NCBI GenBank assembly: GCA_035362335.1 | Contig: DAOSDL010000009.1 | Span: 208 to 64,207, forward strand | DNA from: Bacteroidota bacterium | Lineage (GTDB): Bacteria > Bacteroidota > Ignavibacteria > SZUA-365 | Reading direction: 5' to 3' | Length of the DNA: 64,000 nucleotides | In this document: positions 29,409 through 38,232 of the stretch, piece after piece | Layout: each line of letters starts with the position of its first letter | How positions within the stretch are numbered: position 1 is the stretch's first letter | The notes under the pieces: model-generated | What the model saw: only the letters and a program-made list of their open reading frames with translations | Database searches by the model: none | What the model was told of the DNA's origin: nothing | Made by a program: the position numbers and the translations under genes

Positions 29409-30347
29409 CTACATTGTGTCGGCGTGTGGCTCCGCGGTCATGCGCCAGAACATCCGCGCGAACACGGCGAACACCGCGAGTGCAAGCGCAAGGATGAGCA
29501 GCAGCGGACCGAAGGGCAACGCACCGCCGGATGAAGTGGGAACAAGTTGCTCGGTGTCCAACGCATACAACGCCACCACGGCGAAGGTGTTGTTCACCGC
29601 ATGTCCGAGAACGGGATAGGCAATGGATTTTCCACGCCACACCGTGGCGCTGAACCACATGCCCAACGCGGTGAGCGGAATGAGTGTGACGGGATTGAGA
29701 TGAAAGGCCGCGAACAGCCCGCCGGACAACACGATGGCCCAACGCGCGGGAAGCACCTTTTCGAACGAGTACTGCACCGTGCCCCGGAACAAGCCCTCCT
29801 CGCACAGCGCCGGTGTGAGTCCGACCACCAACCACACAAACAGCGCCTCGGGCAACGAGTGCATGCCGAGCAGGGACGAGTACAGCTCGGTGATCATTTC
29901 CTCGAAGGCATCCAGGACCGGCAGCAGAAAATCCGGCAGAAGATATTCGCGCAGCACGAATTGCTGCATCTCCAACCAGGCCTGCCCCGCCATCTGCAAG
30001 GCCAACACCGACACGATCACGGCGATCGATGGACCCAGCCGCGGCCAGCGGAGACGCAGCACCTGCCGTATGGACCAGGGTTGCAGATACAGCATGGCCA
30101 CCGCGGGGCCCAGCAACAGCACGTATTGCGACACCATGGTCGCAACGCGTACGGCGTGCGTGTTCTTCCCGAAATCCAACCCGAAAAGCAAAAAGCTTAT
30201 CAGACCGCCGACGAGCTGATAGGAGATGAACACCAACGCCAGCACGAGCACCGCGAAGCCCGCGGGATGAATGGTCCACTCCCGCAGCAGCGGAGTGACG
30301 GGTGCGCGTTCTTCCTCGGGTTCGATATGCGGCGTCGGTTCGCTCAT
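29409..30347 (-). CDS. CPBP-family intramembrane metalloprotease (CAAX protease-like)
   Basis: EEGLFRG, FAAFHL and HAVNN motifs in a polytopic membrane protein. Confidence 0.75.
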   Translation of the reverse strand: MSEPTPHIEPEEERAPVTPLLREWTIHPAGFAVLVLALVFISYQLVGGLISFLLFGLDFGKNTHAVRVATMVSQYVLLLGPAVAMLYLQPWSIRQVLRLRWPRLGPSIAVIVSVLALQMAGQAWLEMQQFVLREYLLPDFLLPVLDAFEEMITELYSSLLGMHSLPEALFVWLVVGLTPALCEEGLFRGTVQYSFEKVLPARWAIVLSGGLFAAFHLNPVTLIPLTALGMWFSATVWRGKSIAYPVLGHAVNNTFAVVALYALDTEQLVPTSSGGALPFGPLLLILALALAVFAVFARMFWRMTAEPHADTM

Positions 30348-31298
30348 TCAGGATGTTCCTTCCAAAGCGCCATGCACCAATGCGGCCAGCAGTGGCAGCA
30401 TGATTTCATGATGGCCGGTGAAAGAAAATGCCCGGCCCTCGTGCTGCGTGGGACGCGTCACCACGTTGAGATTGGGCCGGTAATGTTGAATCATGTCGAA
30501 ATTCGCGGCGGCGAAGCCCCTTGCGGCATGGCCGAGATTGCGGGCCACGGTGAGCGCCTTGAGAAACACCTCGGGCAAAATCACCGCCGAGCCCACATTC
30601 ATCACCACACTGTGTGCACGCAAGCCCGCCACGCTGTGCGCGAACACACGAAAATCCCGGAAGCTCATCTCGCCTGTCACCGCGCCATCCATGCCCGGCT
30701 GCTGATGCACAATATCGGTGCCGATGGCCGCGTGCACGCTCACCGGCACGCCCAGCCGCACGCCGGCCGCCAGAATGCTGTGGTCCAGATGCGGAGCCCG
30801 CGCCTGCTGCAACGCGGCTCCGATCGCTTCGCCAAAACCCACCGTATCGCCATGACAAGCCGCGGCCAACGAGCCGTTGATGAAATCCCCCGTCTCGCGC
30901 CACATGCCGAAGGAGCCGTCCTGCAAATTGGTCGCCACATCCTCCGAGGTCACACCAAACAGCGCGGATTCCGCATCGTGAATGGCGCCGGCGCTGTTCA
31001 TGGCCACATGCGTCAGCACGCCGCGCTGCATCAAATCGATGATCAGCGGTGCACAACCGGTCTTGATCACGTGCGCGCCCATCATCAAGAGACAGGACTC
31101 GCCCGCGAGTCGCGCATCGGCGATGAGCTGGGCAAAGGCGCGCAATTCGGCGGCTTTGAGAATGTTGGGCAAGGTGCGGGCAAAATCCGCGAAACTGCCG
31201 CCGTGAAACGGACGCGCGCAATCGCTCAGCGCAACCTTGCTCCGTCGTTCACGCACCGACTGCGTCGTGATGCCGCTGAAATCAAGTTGGGGAAACAT
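30348..31298 (-). CDS. Deoxyhypusine synthase-like family protein (tentative)
   Basis: By-eye similarity to DHS segments: LLMMGAHVIKTG..LTHVAMNSAGAIHD vs IFLGYTSNLISSG..DVLVTTAGGVEED, and PVSVHAAIGTDIV vs PVFSPALTDGSLG. Confidence 0.4.
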   Translation of the reverse strand: MFPQLDFSGITTQSVRERRSKVALSDCARPFHGGSFADFARTLPNILKAAELRAFAQLIADARLAGESCLLMMGAHVIKTGCAPLIIDLMQRGVLTHVAMNSAGAIHDAESALFGVTSEDVATNLQDGSFGMWRETGDFINGSLAAACHGDTVGFGEAIGAALQQARAPHLDHSILAAGVRLGVPVSVHAAIGTDIVHQQPGMDGAVTGEMSFRDFRVFAHSVAGLRAHSVVMNVGSAVILPEVFLKALTVARNLGHAARGFAAANFDMIQHYRPNLNVVTRPTQHEGRAFSFTGHHEIMLPLLAALVHGALEGTS

Positions 31299-31496
31299 GC
31301 TGCTCTCGTTGGGAACGTCCAGTGAGCGTTGACTTCGTACCTCCTCCCAAGGTACAAAATTCCCCGACGAGGCGCATCAGCGCCAAGGTATGGATGTGAG
31401 CGGGAAAATGAGTGGAAAAGGTCAGGGCATTATCGCGTCGGCTCGACGGGCGGCGGAGCGCAGATTCCGGCGACCGTGTTCGTCCGCTCGCCGCGA

Positions 31497-32324
31497 TTAC
31501 TTGACCTTCGCGCGCACAGGCCCCTTGACGCCCTTTACTTCGGTGAGTTCGCTTTTAATGGAGCCGATGGGAATTTCGGCTTCAACCTGCACGGGAATTT
31601 TCTTTTCGTCGTCGGTCAGCCACACGTAAATGCTGCCGGAGGCCTTGAACAATCCGCCCTCCTCCATCACCGGCTCGAGCACGATGGTGCGGAACGTGCC
31701 GGCTTCGACCTCGATGGTCTCTTTGCGATGGTACACCACGGTCAGCGTGTACGTGCTGTCCTTGTAAAAATTCCGCAGCGTCACCTTCTGCCCGGGCTTC
31801 ATTCCGGAATAATCCTGCGTGCGCATGTAATAGAAGGCGGACAGAATATCCTGCGTGAACATGGGCACGGGATACACGCCCTCGGATGTATAGGCCTTCT
31901 GCGCGTCGTGGTCGAAGCGTGCGTTGAAGTCACGCTTGAAATTGCCCTCGCGGATCTGCTGCACGAATTTCCACGGGAAAAGGCCATCCACATCGATATG
32001 CGATTCGTAGCGGTCGCGCACACGGTAGAAGCTGTCGAAAAACGACGTGGATTTCACCAGGAACTGCACGTTGTAGCATTTGCGTCCCTTCTGCCACGAG
32101 TACGAGGGAATGGCCATGCGCGCCTGCCCGGCGGTGACGAAACCGTAGTTCACGTCGAATATGAGTTCCTCGCCCACATCGAAGGCCTTGTTCTCGATTT
32201 TCCGATACGAGGGCGGGCGCTTGCTGTCGGGGGCGCCGCTGCCTGTTTTCTGCGCGAGCAATTCGGGAAATATCAGCGACGTGTAGAACAGGGCGAGCAG
32301 TGCATATATGGAAAGGCGTTTCAT
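31497..32324 (-). CDS. DUF3108-like secreted protein
   Basis: Signal peptide MKRLSIYALLALFYTSLIFPELLAQ. The ORF track extends spuriously to 32708. Confidence 0.55.
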   Translation of the reverse strand: MKRLSIYALLALFYTSLIFPELLAQKTGSGAPDSKRPPSYRKIENKAFDVGEELIFDVNYGFVTAGQARMAIPSYSWQKGRKCYNVQFLVKSTSFFDSFYRVRDRYESHIDVDGLFPWKFVQQIREGNFKRDFNARFDHDAQKAYTSEGVYPVPMFTQDILSAFYYMRTQDYSGMKPGQKVTLRNFYKDSTYTLTVVYHRKETIEVEAGTFRTIVLEPVMEEGGLFKASGSIYVWLTDDEKKIPVQVEAEIPIGSIKSELTEVKGVKGPVRAKVK

Positions 32325-32518
32325 CGTCGTTCTCCAGTTGGTACTCATTGTATGCCCTGTCCCAATTTCCAGTTCCATGATTTGTGACGTTCTTGCATTC
32401 TCCACAGTATTCGCATTCCGATCAAGGATGTTGCACGTGACCGTACGCGGCATTGCCCCGCACGAGTGCACCCCGCATCCACTGCGACGTGTGTCCACAC
32501 CACAGCGGGGGCGCGTGC

Positions 32519-33553
32519 TCAGCGTTCCTGAGTGCGCGGCTGTTGCAGCAATTCCTCCAGCGCCGTCAACGCCTCGTCCACGCTGATGCGCTCCATCGCA
32601 TCGTGCTCGTCGCAACGACCGGCCGCACAGGCGGCGCAGTCGGACGCGGGCCGAGGCATAAGCACGCGCGTGGCCGTGCCGAGCGGGCCCCATCTGCGCG
32701 GATGGCATTCACGCTGGAATGGATACAGGCCCAGCACCGGCGTACCCAACGCGGCTGCCATATGCAGGGGACCGGTGGAATTGGCCACCACGCAATCGAC
32801 GGCGGCGAGCACGGCGGCGAGTTCGGTGAGCGCGAGCCCCCGAGGCAGCACATGCGCACGCTGGTCCAGTCCTTCGCGCAGAGCGCGCACGCGTGGCAAT
32901 TCCTCGGTGGAAGCGGAAAACAGCACGCGCACGTCGGCGTGACGCGCCATAACGTCGCGGGCCAATGCGTTCATGCGCTCCATGGGCCAGTCCTTGGCCG
33001 AGCCGCCACTGCCGGGATGCAGCAGCACGACGCGCCCTGCGGCGATTCCGCTTTCCTCGAGTATCCTGCGTCCCGCCGTGCGTTGAGCGGCATCGAGCAC
33101 GAGGCGCGGCGCGGGGAAGTCCTCCTGGACGCTACCGAGTGCGCCGAGCAGCGACAGGTTGTAGTCGCGTTCATGGCGCACGCTTTCGCGTCGATGTTCG
33201 TGATGACGGTGGGTGAACAGGGGCGCATACCAGCGGTAGGCCGTTCCGACGCGAAGCGGTACGCGCGCCAGGGCCGCGGCAAGCGCCAGTCCGGGACGCG
33301 GATAGGCGAAGAGCACGAGCCGAACCTGCCGCTGCCGCAACAGCCGCGCGAGAGGAAAGGGATTGCGCACATCGCGCTCCTCTATTTCCATCACCTCGTC
33401 CACATCGGGACAGAGTCGAGGGATGGCGGCCGCGTAACGCTGCGCGCAGAAGAGCACGCGTTCGCCTGGATACTGCCGGCGGAGGGCGCTGGCCAGAGGC
33501 AGGGTCAGCACCACATCGCCGATACGATCGGTGCGGAAAATGAGAATGCTCAT
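32519..33553 (-). CDS. Glycosyltransferase family 9 (heptosyltransferase-like)
   Basis: ILIFRTDRIGDVVLTLP N-terminus. C-terminal GT9 region ANSTGPLHMAAALGTPVLGLY. Confidence 0.8.
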   Translation of the reverse strand: MSILIFRTDRIGDVVLTLPLASALRRQYPGERVLFCAQRYAAAIPRLCPDVDEVMEIEERDVRNPFPLARLLRQRQVRLVLFAYPRPGLALAAALARVPLRVGTAYRWYAPLFTHRHHEHRRESVRHERDYNLSLLGALGSVQEDFPAPRLVLDAAQRTAGRRILEESGIAAGRVVLLHPGSGGSAKDWPMERMNALARDVMARHADVRVLFSASTEELPRVRALREGLDQRAHVLPRGLALTELAAVLAAVDCVVANSTGPLHMAAALGTPVLGLYPFQRECHPRRWGPLGTATRVLMPRPASDCAACAAGRCDEHDAMERISVDEALTALEELLQQPRTQER

Positions 33554-33572
33554 CGCCCCGCTCGGCGTGGGA

Positions 33573-34193
33573 TTAAAGTTCGGCCATGTAGGCCTTGGCG
33601 CGCGCGGCGTCTTCGGAGTCGGGGAAGCGCTTGATCAAATCCTGCCAGGCCTTTTTCGCCTCGGCCTTGCGCTCGGTGGAAGCGTAAATGGCGCCGAGAT
33701 TGTACATCGCGGTGGTGTTGTTCGGCTCGACACTCAGCACCTTGCGCGTCATTTGTTCCGCTTTGTCCACCTGCTTGGTCTTGGCGTAGGCGGCGGCGAG
33801 ATCCAGCATGACCGGCACATTCCTGGGCGCGGCCTTGTGATAGCGCTCGAAAAGGGGCACGGATTGTTTTTCCTGATGCGCGTCGAGCAGCATGCGTGCA
33901 TACACGAGCACATCGCTGGTGTCGCTCGCGGGCTGGGCTTCCACCTTGTCGCGCAGCCGCGTGAAAGTTTCCATGAAATCCGAGCGCACATTGCCCGCGC
34001 CGGGCTGCGTTTCGGCACCCGCGCCCTGCTGCATCTGGTTCACATCCGGATGTCCGGGCGGCATGTCCGTGGCCTGCTCGTGCACATGCGTGTCATTGCC
34101 TTCGGGCAGCAACAGGAACACCACCACCGCGGTGAGCAGTAGAGCGCCGATGATCAGGTACAGTCGTTGCGTATTCATAGTGTCCTCTTCCAT
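33573..34193 (-). CDS. Membrane-anchored TPR-repeat protein
   Basis: TM segment LYLIIGALLLTAVVVFLLL. TPR-like repeats (..AMYNLGAIYASTERKAEAKKAWQ..). Confidence 0.55.
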   Translation of the reverse strand: MEEDTMNTQRLYLIIGALLLTAVVVFLLLPEGNDTHVHEQATDMPPGHPDVNQMQQGAGAETQPGAGNVRSDFMETFTRLRDKVEAQPASDTSDVLVYARMLLDAHQEKQSVPLFERYHKAAPRNVPVMLDLAAAYAKTKQVDKAEQMTRKVLSVEPNNTTAMYNLGAIYASTERKAEAKKAWQDLIKRFPDSEDAARAKAYMAEL

Positions 34194-34399
34194 TCGAGAT
34201 TGAGTAACGGATTCAAACAATAATGATACGAATCGCACGGCAAGGGGAAAAATGCCCGAACGAGCAGTCCATTGCATCCTCTGGTAGAGGAGGCGTGCTG
34301 CGTTTACCCTCATTCCGTGCTGATGGCACATTTTTCCCTTTTTCCAAAGGCCGCGAGTCGCCATATTGAATTTTTTTCGTAGTCCATCCATCATTCGAC

Positions 34400-34990
34400 G
34401 TGCAACCACCGCCCATTGTCCTCGCCTCGGCCTCGCCGCGCCGCAAACATCTGCTGCGACAGATCGGCCTGACCTTTGACTGCATCCCGAGCGGCGTGGA
34501 GGAATTCATCGATCCTCCCGTGCCGCCGGACGAGCACGCCATGATTTTGGCCGAGCGCAAGGCACGCGACGTGGCCTTTCGCGTACCCGGCGGCATCGTG
34601 ATCGGCGCGGACACCATCGTGGTGCTCGAGGGCGAGATCATCAACAAGCCGGAGTCCGCAGACGATGCCGTGCGCATTCTCCATCGGCTCAGCGATCAGC
34701 GCCACGAGGTGTACACCGGCTTCTCGCTGGTGGAAGTGCCCGGACTGCGCACGATCACGCGCGTGGAGCGCACCGAGGTGTGGTTTCGCAAGCTGTCGAG
34801 CACGGAAATCCTCGATTACGTGCGCTCCGGCAGTTGCATGGACAAGGCCGGCGCCTACGGTATACAGGACGACTTCGGCGCGGTGTTCGTGCGCCGCATC
34901 GACGGGGATTTTTACAATGTGATGGGTTTGCCACTCTGCAATTTTTACTGTGCGTTTCAGGAATTCACCGGTCGGGGGCCACGGCCATGA
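34400..34990 (+). CDS. maf: Maf-like nucleoside triphosphate pyrophosphatase
   Basis: IVLASASPRRKHLL...GADTIVVLEGEIINKP pattern. Confidence 0.85.
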   Translation: MQPPPIVLASASPRRKHLLRQIGLTFDCIPSGVEEFIDPPVPPDEHAMILAERKARDVAFRVPGGIVIGADTIVVLEGEIINKPESADDAVRILHRLSDQRHEVYTGFSLVEVPGLRTITRVERTEVWFRKLSSTEILDYVRSGSCMDKAGAYGIQDDFGAVFVRRIDGDFYNVMGLPLCNFYCAFQEFTGRGPRP

Positions 34991-35958
34991 AGAAGAACTG
35001 GCGCACCAAACTGCTGTTGTCGCTGGCCTTCGGCGCACTCGTGTTTTTTGCGTTGACGCTGTACGCCGACATGGACAAGCTGATCGCGGCGTTCGCCGGC
35101 TTCAACTGGGCCTGGGCCCCGGTGATACTGGCCTGCACGCTCACGAATTATTTTTTCCGTTTCTGGAAATGGGATTACTACACGCGTGCGCTGGACATGC
35201 ATCCGGGCCGTGGCACCAACGCCATCATTTTTTTCACCGCCTTCACCATGGCCGTCACGCCGGGCAAATTCGGTGAAGTGCTGAAATCCTATTTGCTCAA
35301 ACGTGTGAACGGCACACCGATCAGCAAATCGGCGCCCATTGTGATCGCCGAGCGTCTCACGGATTTCATCGGTCTGGTGCTGCTGCTTATTCTCGGCGCA
35401 TGGATGTTCGGCATAGCGCGGGGCGCCGTGCTGGCCTTTGCGCTGTTTTTCAGCGCCGTGACCGTGCTGCTGGCCTGGCGCCGCGGCGCGCTGGCCATCA
35501 TCGGCTGGATGGCGCGCCTGCCGTTGCTGCGCCGTTATGCCTCGCATGGCGCCGATGCCTACGAGAGCATGCACGCGATGCTGCGTCCGGGACCGCTCGG
35601 CATAGCGGTGCTGCTGAGCGTGGTCGCGTGGTTTTTCGAATGCCTCGGCTATTGGATCATCCTGCACGTCTTCGACGCCCCGCCCACGGTGTTGAAAGCC
35701 ACCTTCATCTACGCATTTTCCACCGTTGTGGGCGCGGTAAGCATGTTGCCCGGCGGACTCGGCACGACCGAGGGCAGCCTGACCGGGCTCAGTCAACTCG
35801 CGGGAGTCACACGCGATGTCGCCGTGGCTTCCACCTTCATCATCCGTGTCGCCACACTGTGGTTCGCCGTGTTGCTGGGCATACTGGTGACGCTGGTATT
35901 TCAGCACCGGCTGCCCGTCTCGCTCGACGACGTCCCTTTGGACGAATTGCAATCCTGA
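34987..35958 (+). CDS. Flippase-like / LPG-synthase-TM (UPF0104) domain membrane protein
   Basis: 8 predicted TM helices. ATGA start/stop overlap with maf. Confidence 0.6.
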   Translation: MKKNWRTKLLLSLAFGALVFFALTLYADMDKLIAAFAGFNWAWAPVILACTLTNYFFRFWKWDYYTRALDMHPGRGTNAIIFFTAFTMAVTPGKFGEVLKSYLLKRVNGTPISKSAPIVIAERLTDFIGLVLLLILGAWMFGIARGAVLAFALFFSAVTVLLAWRRGALAIIGWMARLPLLRRYASHGADAYESMHAMLRPGPLGIAVLLSVVAWFFECLGYWIILHVFDAPPTVLKATFIYAFSTVVGAVSMLPGGLGTTEGSLTGLSQLAGVTRDVAVASTFIIRVATLWFAVLLGILVTLVFQHRLPVSLDDVPLDELQS

Positions 35959-36071
35959 CCCACTGCGCATCGCGTACAGGGAGTGCGCGCGATAGCTGAC
36001 TCGCCGCGCGGCGTCGCATGCCGCCTGTCCGTATCATTCACTGTTGTTCACGGTATTTGGGAGAATCCGTC

Positions 36072-38081
36072 ATGACATCGCATCACCACGGCCGATTGAT
36101 TTCGGCAATACTGATCCTTTTTCTTTGCACGCACAGCAGCCGGTCGCAACAGAGCGACGCGCGTGCCAGCCATTGGGAGCGCGCCTACGACGTGCTGCTC
36201 GAGCGTTCGGAGGAGGGCGATTGCTCCGACCTTGCCGAGATGCTGGAGCGCGCTGTGGAACAGCCGCTGTGCCTCCACAGCAGCACGCTCGGCGAGCTGG
36301 AGGAGCTTCCCTTTCTCACGCCCGTGTCGGCCCGTGCGCTGCACGCGCTGCTGCAAGCGGACAGCGCCATCGGCTGGTCCGACATCCGCGCACTACCGCA
36401 ATTGAGCCGCGACGACTATGCCTTGCTGCGTGTCTGCGCTACACTGCAGTGTCCGCGACGTGCCGTGTTGCCCACGCACACGTCGTACCGTCTCCGCATG
36501 CAGCAGGAGGACGAGCCGCGGGCGGGCTTTCTCGACGGAAGTTATCCCGGCGGGAGGGCGCGCGTGGTGCAGCGCATCGAAGTGCAGCGCTGGGAGCACG
36601 TGCGTGTTGCGCTTCTGCAGGAGCGCGATCCCGGTGAAAAGGACTTCGCGGATCATCTTTCCGGACACATCGCTCTGGAACACCTCGGAGCCGTGCGGCG
36701 CGCGGTGCTTGGTGATTTCCACGTCACCGCCGGACAGGGCCTGGTGTTCTGGCAGCCCTTTGGCTTCGCCAAGGGTGGCGACGCATTGACGGTGGCGAAA
36801 CGTGGCGCGATGGAGCTTCGTCCATCCGCGTCGGCCACCGAGGGGCTGTTCTTTCGCGGCGCGGCGATGCAGCTGAGCAGCGGCGAATTCCGTCTGCTGG
36901 GTTTCGGCAGCAGCAGCGCACTCGACGCCGGGCTGGACGAAGAGACAGGCACCGTCGGCAGCTTCTCCGCCGATGGCATGCATCGCGGCGCGAGCGAGGC
37001 GGCGCGGAAAGCCGCGGTACGTGAGCGGATTTTCGGCGGCGGACTGGCGTGGCGCAGGGAGCGCGAACACTGGCTGCTGGATCTCGGCATCACCGGCTGG
37101 CACGGCAGCTACTCGCAGGTATCCGAGCCGCGTACGCCCTTCGGCTTTCGCGGCGATCGCGCCTGGGCAAGCGGAGTGAATTTGAACGCGGCCTGGGGCG
37201 ATGCGCAGCTGTTCGGCGAACTCGCCCTCTGTCACACACGGCACAGTGCCATGCTGCTGGGCGCACGCGCGCGCCTCTCCGAGCGCATTGATGCAGTGCT
37301 GCTCTATCGCCGGTACGACGCAAGGTTTATCAACATCCATGGACTGGGCTTCGGCGAGCGCGGCGGAGAGTTGCAGAATGAAGAAGGCGTGTACGCCGGG
37401 GTGCGCCTGCGCGCAGGCCGTGAATGGCGCATCGACGCCTGGACCGATGTGTTCCGCCTTCCCAATCGCACCTACTTCCTTCACCTGCCAACGTCGGGCG
37501 GAGAATTCCTCCTCCACGCGCAGTGGCAGCGCGACGATGGTCTGCATGCGTCGCTGCGCTTCGCGCATGGCCAAAAGGACATGACCATCGCCGCGGTCGA
37601 CGTATTGGGTCGCGACATCCGTCCCCTCGCGCGTCGGGCCGCCGGCAGTGTGCGAGTGCAAATGGGTTGCGAGCCCGGCGATGGCGTACGATTGCGTCTG
37701 CGTCTGGATCGCAGCTATACGCGCTACGATGCGTGGGGCAACGATGACGATGGCATGCTCCTGGCCGCGTCCTGCCGCCTCCGTCTTCGCCACAACCTCT
37801 CCTGCACGTTTTCTGTGAGTTCCACCGCCACGGGCGCATACGATGCGCGATTGTACGAATTCGAGCACGATGTACCCGGCGTGTTCCAGAATGTGGCCGT
37901 GTACGGCGACACCTGGCGCTGTGCCGTGTTGTGCGAATGGCATGCGGCCGACTGGCTGCGCGCGGCTGTGCGTTACGGCGTGCAACTGCGCGAGGGAAGC
38001 ACTGCCATCGGCGAAGGACGCGACCGCGTGCTCGGCGATCGCCTCGGGCGCGTCTCCGCGCAAATCGACCTGCGCTACTGA
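36072..38081 (+). CDS. Hypothetical outer-membrane beta-barrel-like protein with N-terminal helix-hairpin-helix (ComEA-like) motif
   Basis: Signal peptide and LGELEELPFLTPVSARALHALL HhH motif. Long beta-rich C-terminal part ending ...QIDLRY. Confidence 0.4.
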   Translation: MTSHHHGRLISAILILFLCTHSSRSQQSDARASHWERAYDVLLERSEEGDCSDLAEMLERAVEQPLCLHSSTLGELEELPFLTPVSARALHALLQADSAIGWSDIRALPQLSRDDYALLRVCATLQCPRRAVLPTHTSYRLRMQQEDEPRAGFLDGSYPGGRARVVQRIEVQRWEHVRVALLQERDPGEKDFADHLSGHIALEHLGAVRRAVLGDFHVTAGQGLVFWQPFGFAKGGDALTVAKRGAMELRPSASATEGLFFRGAAMQLSSGEFRLLGFGSSSALDAGLDEETGTVGSFSADGMHRGASEAARKAAVRERIFGGGLAWRREREHWLLDLGITGWHGSYSQVSEPRTPFGFRGDRAWASGVNLNAAWGDAQLFGELALCHTRHSAMLLGARARLSERIDAVLLYRRYDARFINIHGLGFGERGGELQNEEGVYAGVRLRAGREWRIDAWTDVFRLPNRTYFLHLPTSGGEFLLHAQWQRDDGLHASLRFAHGQKDMTIAAVDVLGRDIRPLARRAAGSVRVQMGCEPGDGVRLRLRLDRSYTRYDAWGNDDDGMLLAASCRLRLRHNLSCTFSVSSTATGAYDARLYEFEHDVPGVFQNVAVYGDTWRCAVLCEWHAADWLRAAVRYGVQLREGSTAIGEGRDRVLGDRLGRVSAQIDLRY

Positions 38082-38232
38082 GGCGGTGGTGCTAGGCGTC
38101 CGCCGCAGTGCATCGCGGATGCGGCGGACGCACGCGGTCGGCGGTGCAACATGGTGTACGTCCTCCTCCGGTCGATTCCCTCGTTGCAACGATGTATCTT
38201 TGCAGGACCATCATCAGATTCCGGAGAGTGCC

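Noticed and set aside
31497-32708. 403-aa version of the DUF3108 gene
   Set aside because: The first 128 residues are Arg/Gly-rich with no signal peptide. A clean signal peptide and RBS-compatible start occur at 32324.
36393-38189. 598-aa minus-strand ORF, plus 37843 extension of the FG-GAP gene and 43780-45243(-), 45372-46508(-), 49430-51562(-), 52597-54525(-) long antisense ORFs
   Set aside because: All are antisense to genes with clear family motifs and have junk-like composition. They are high-GC stop-codon depletion artefacts.
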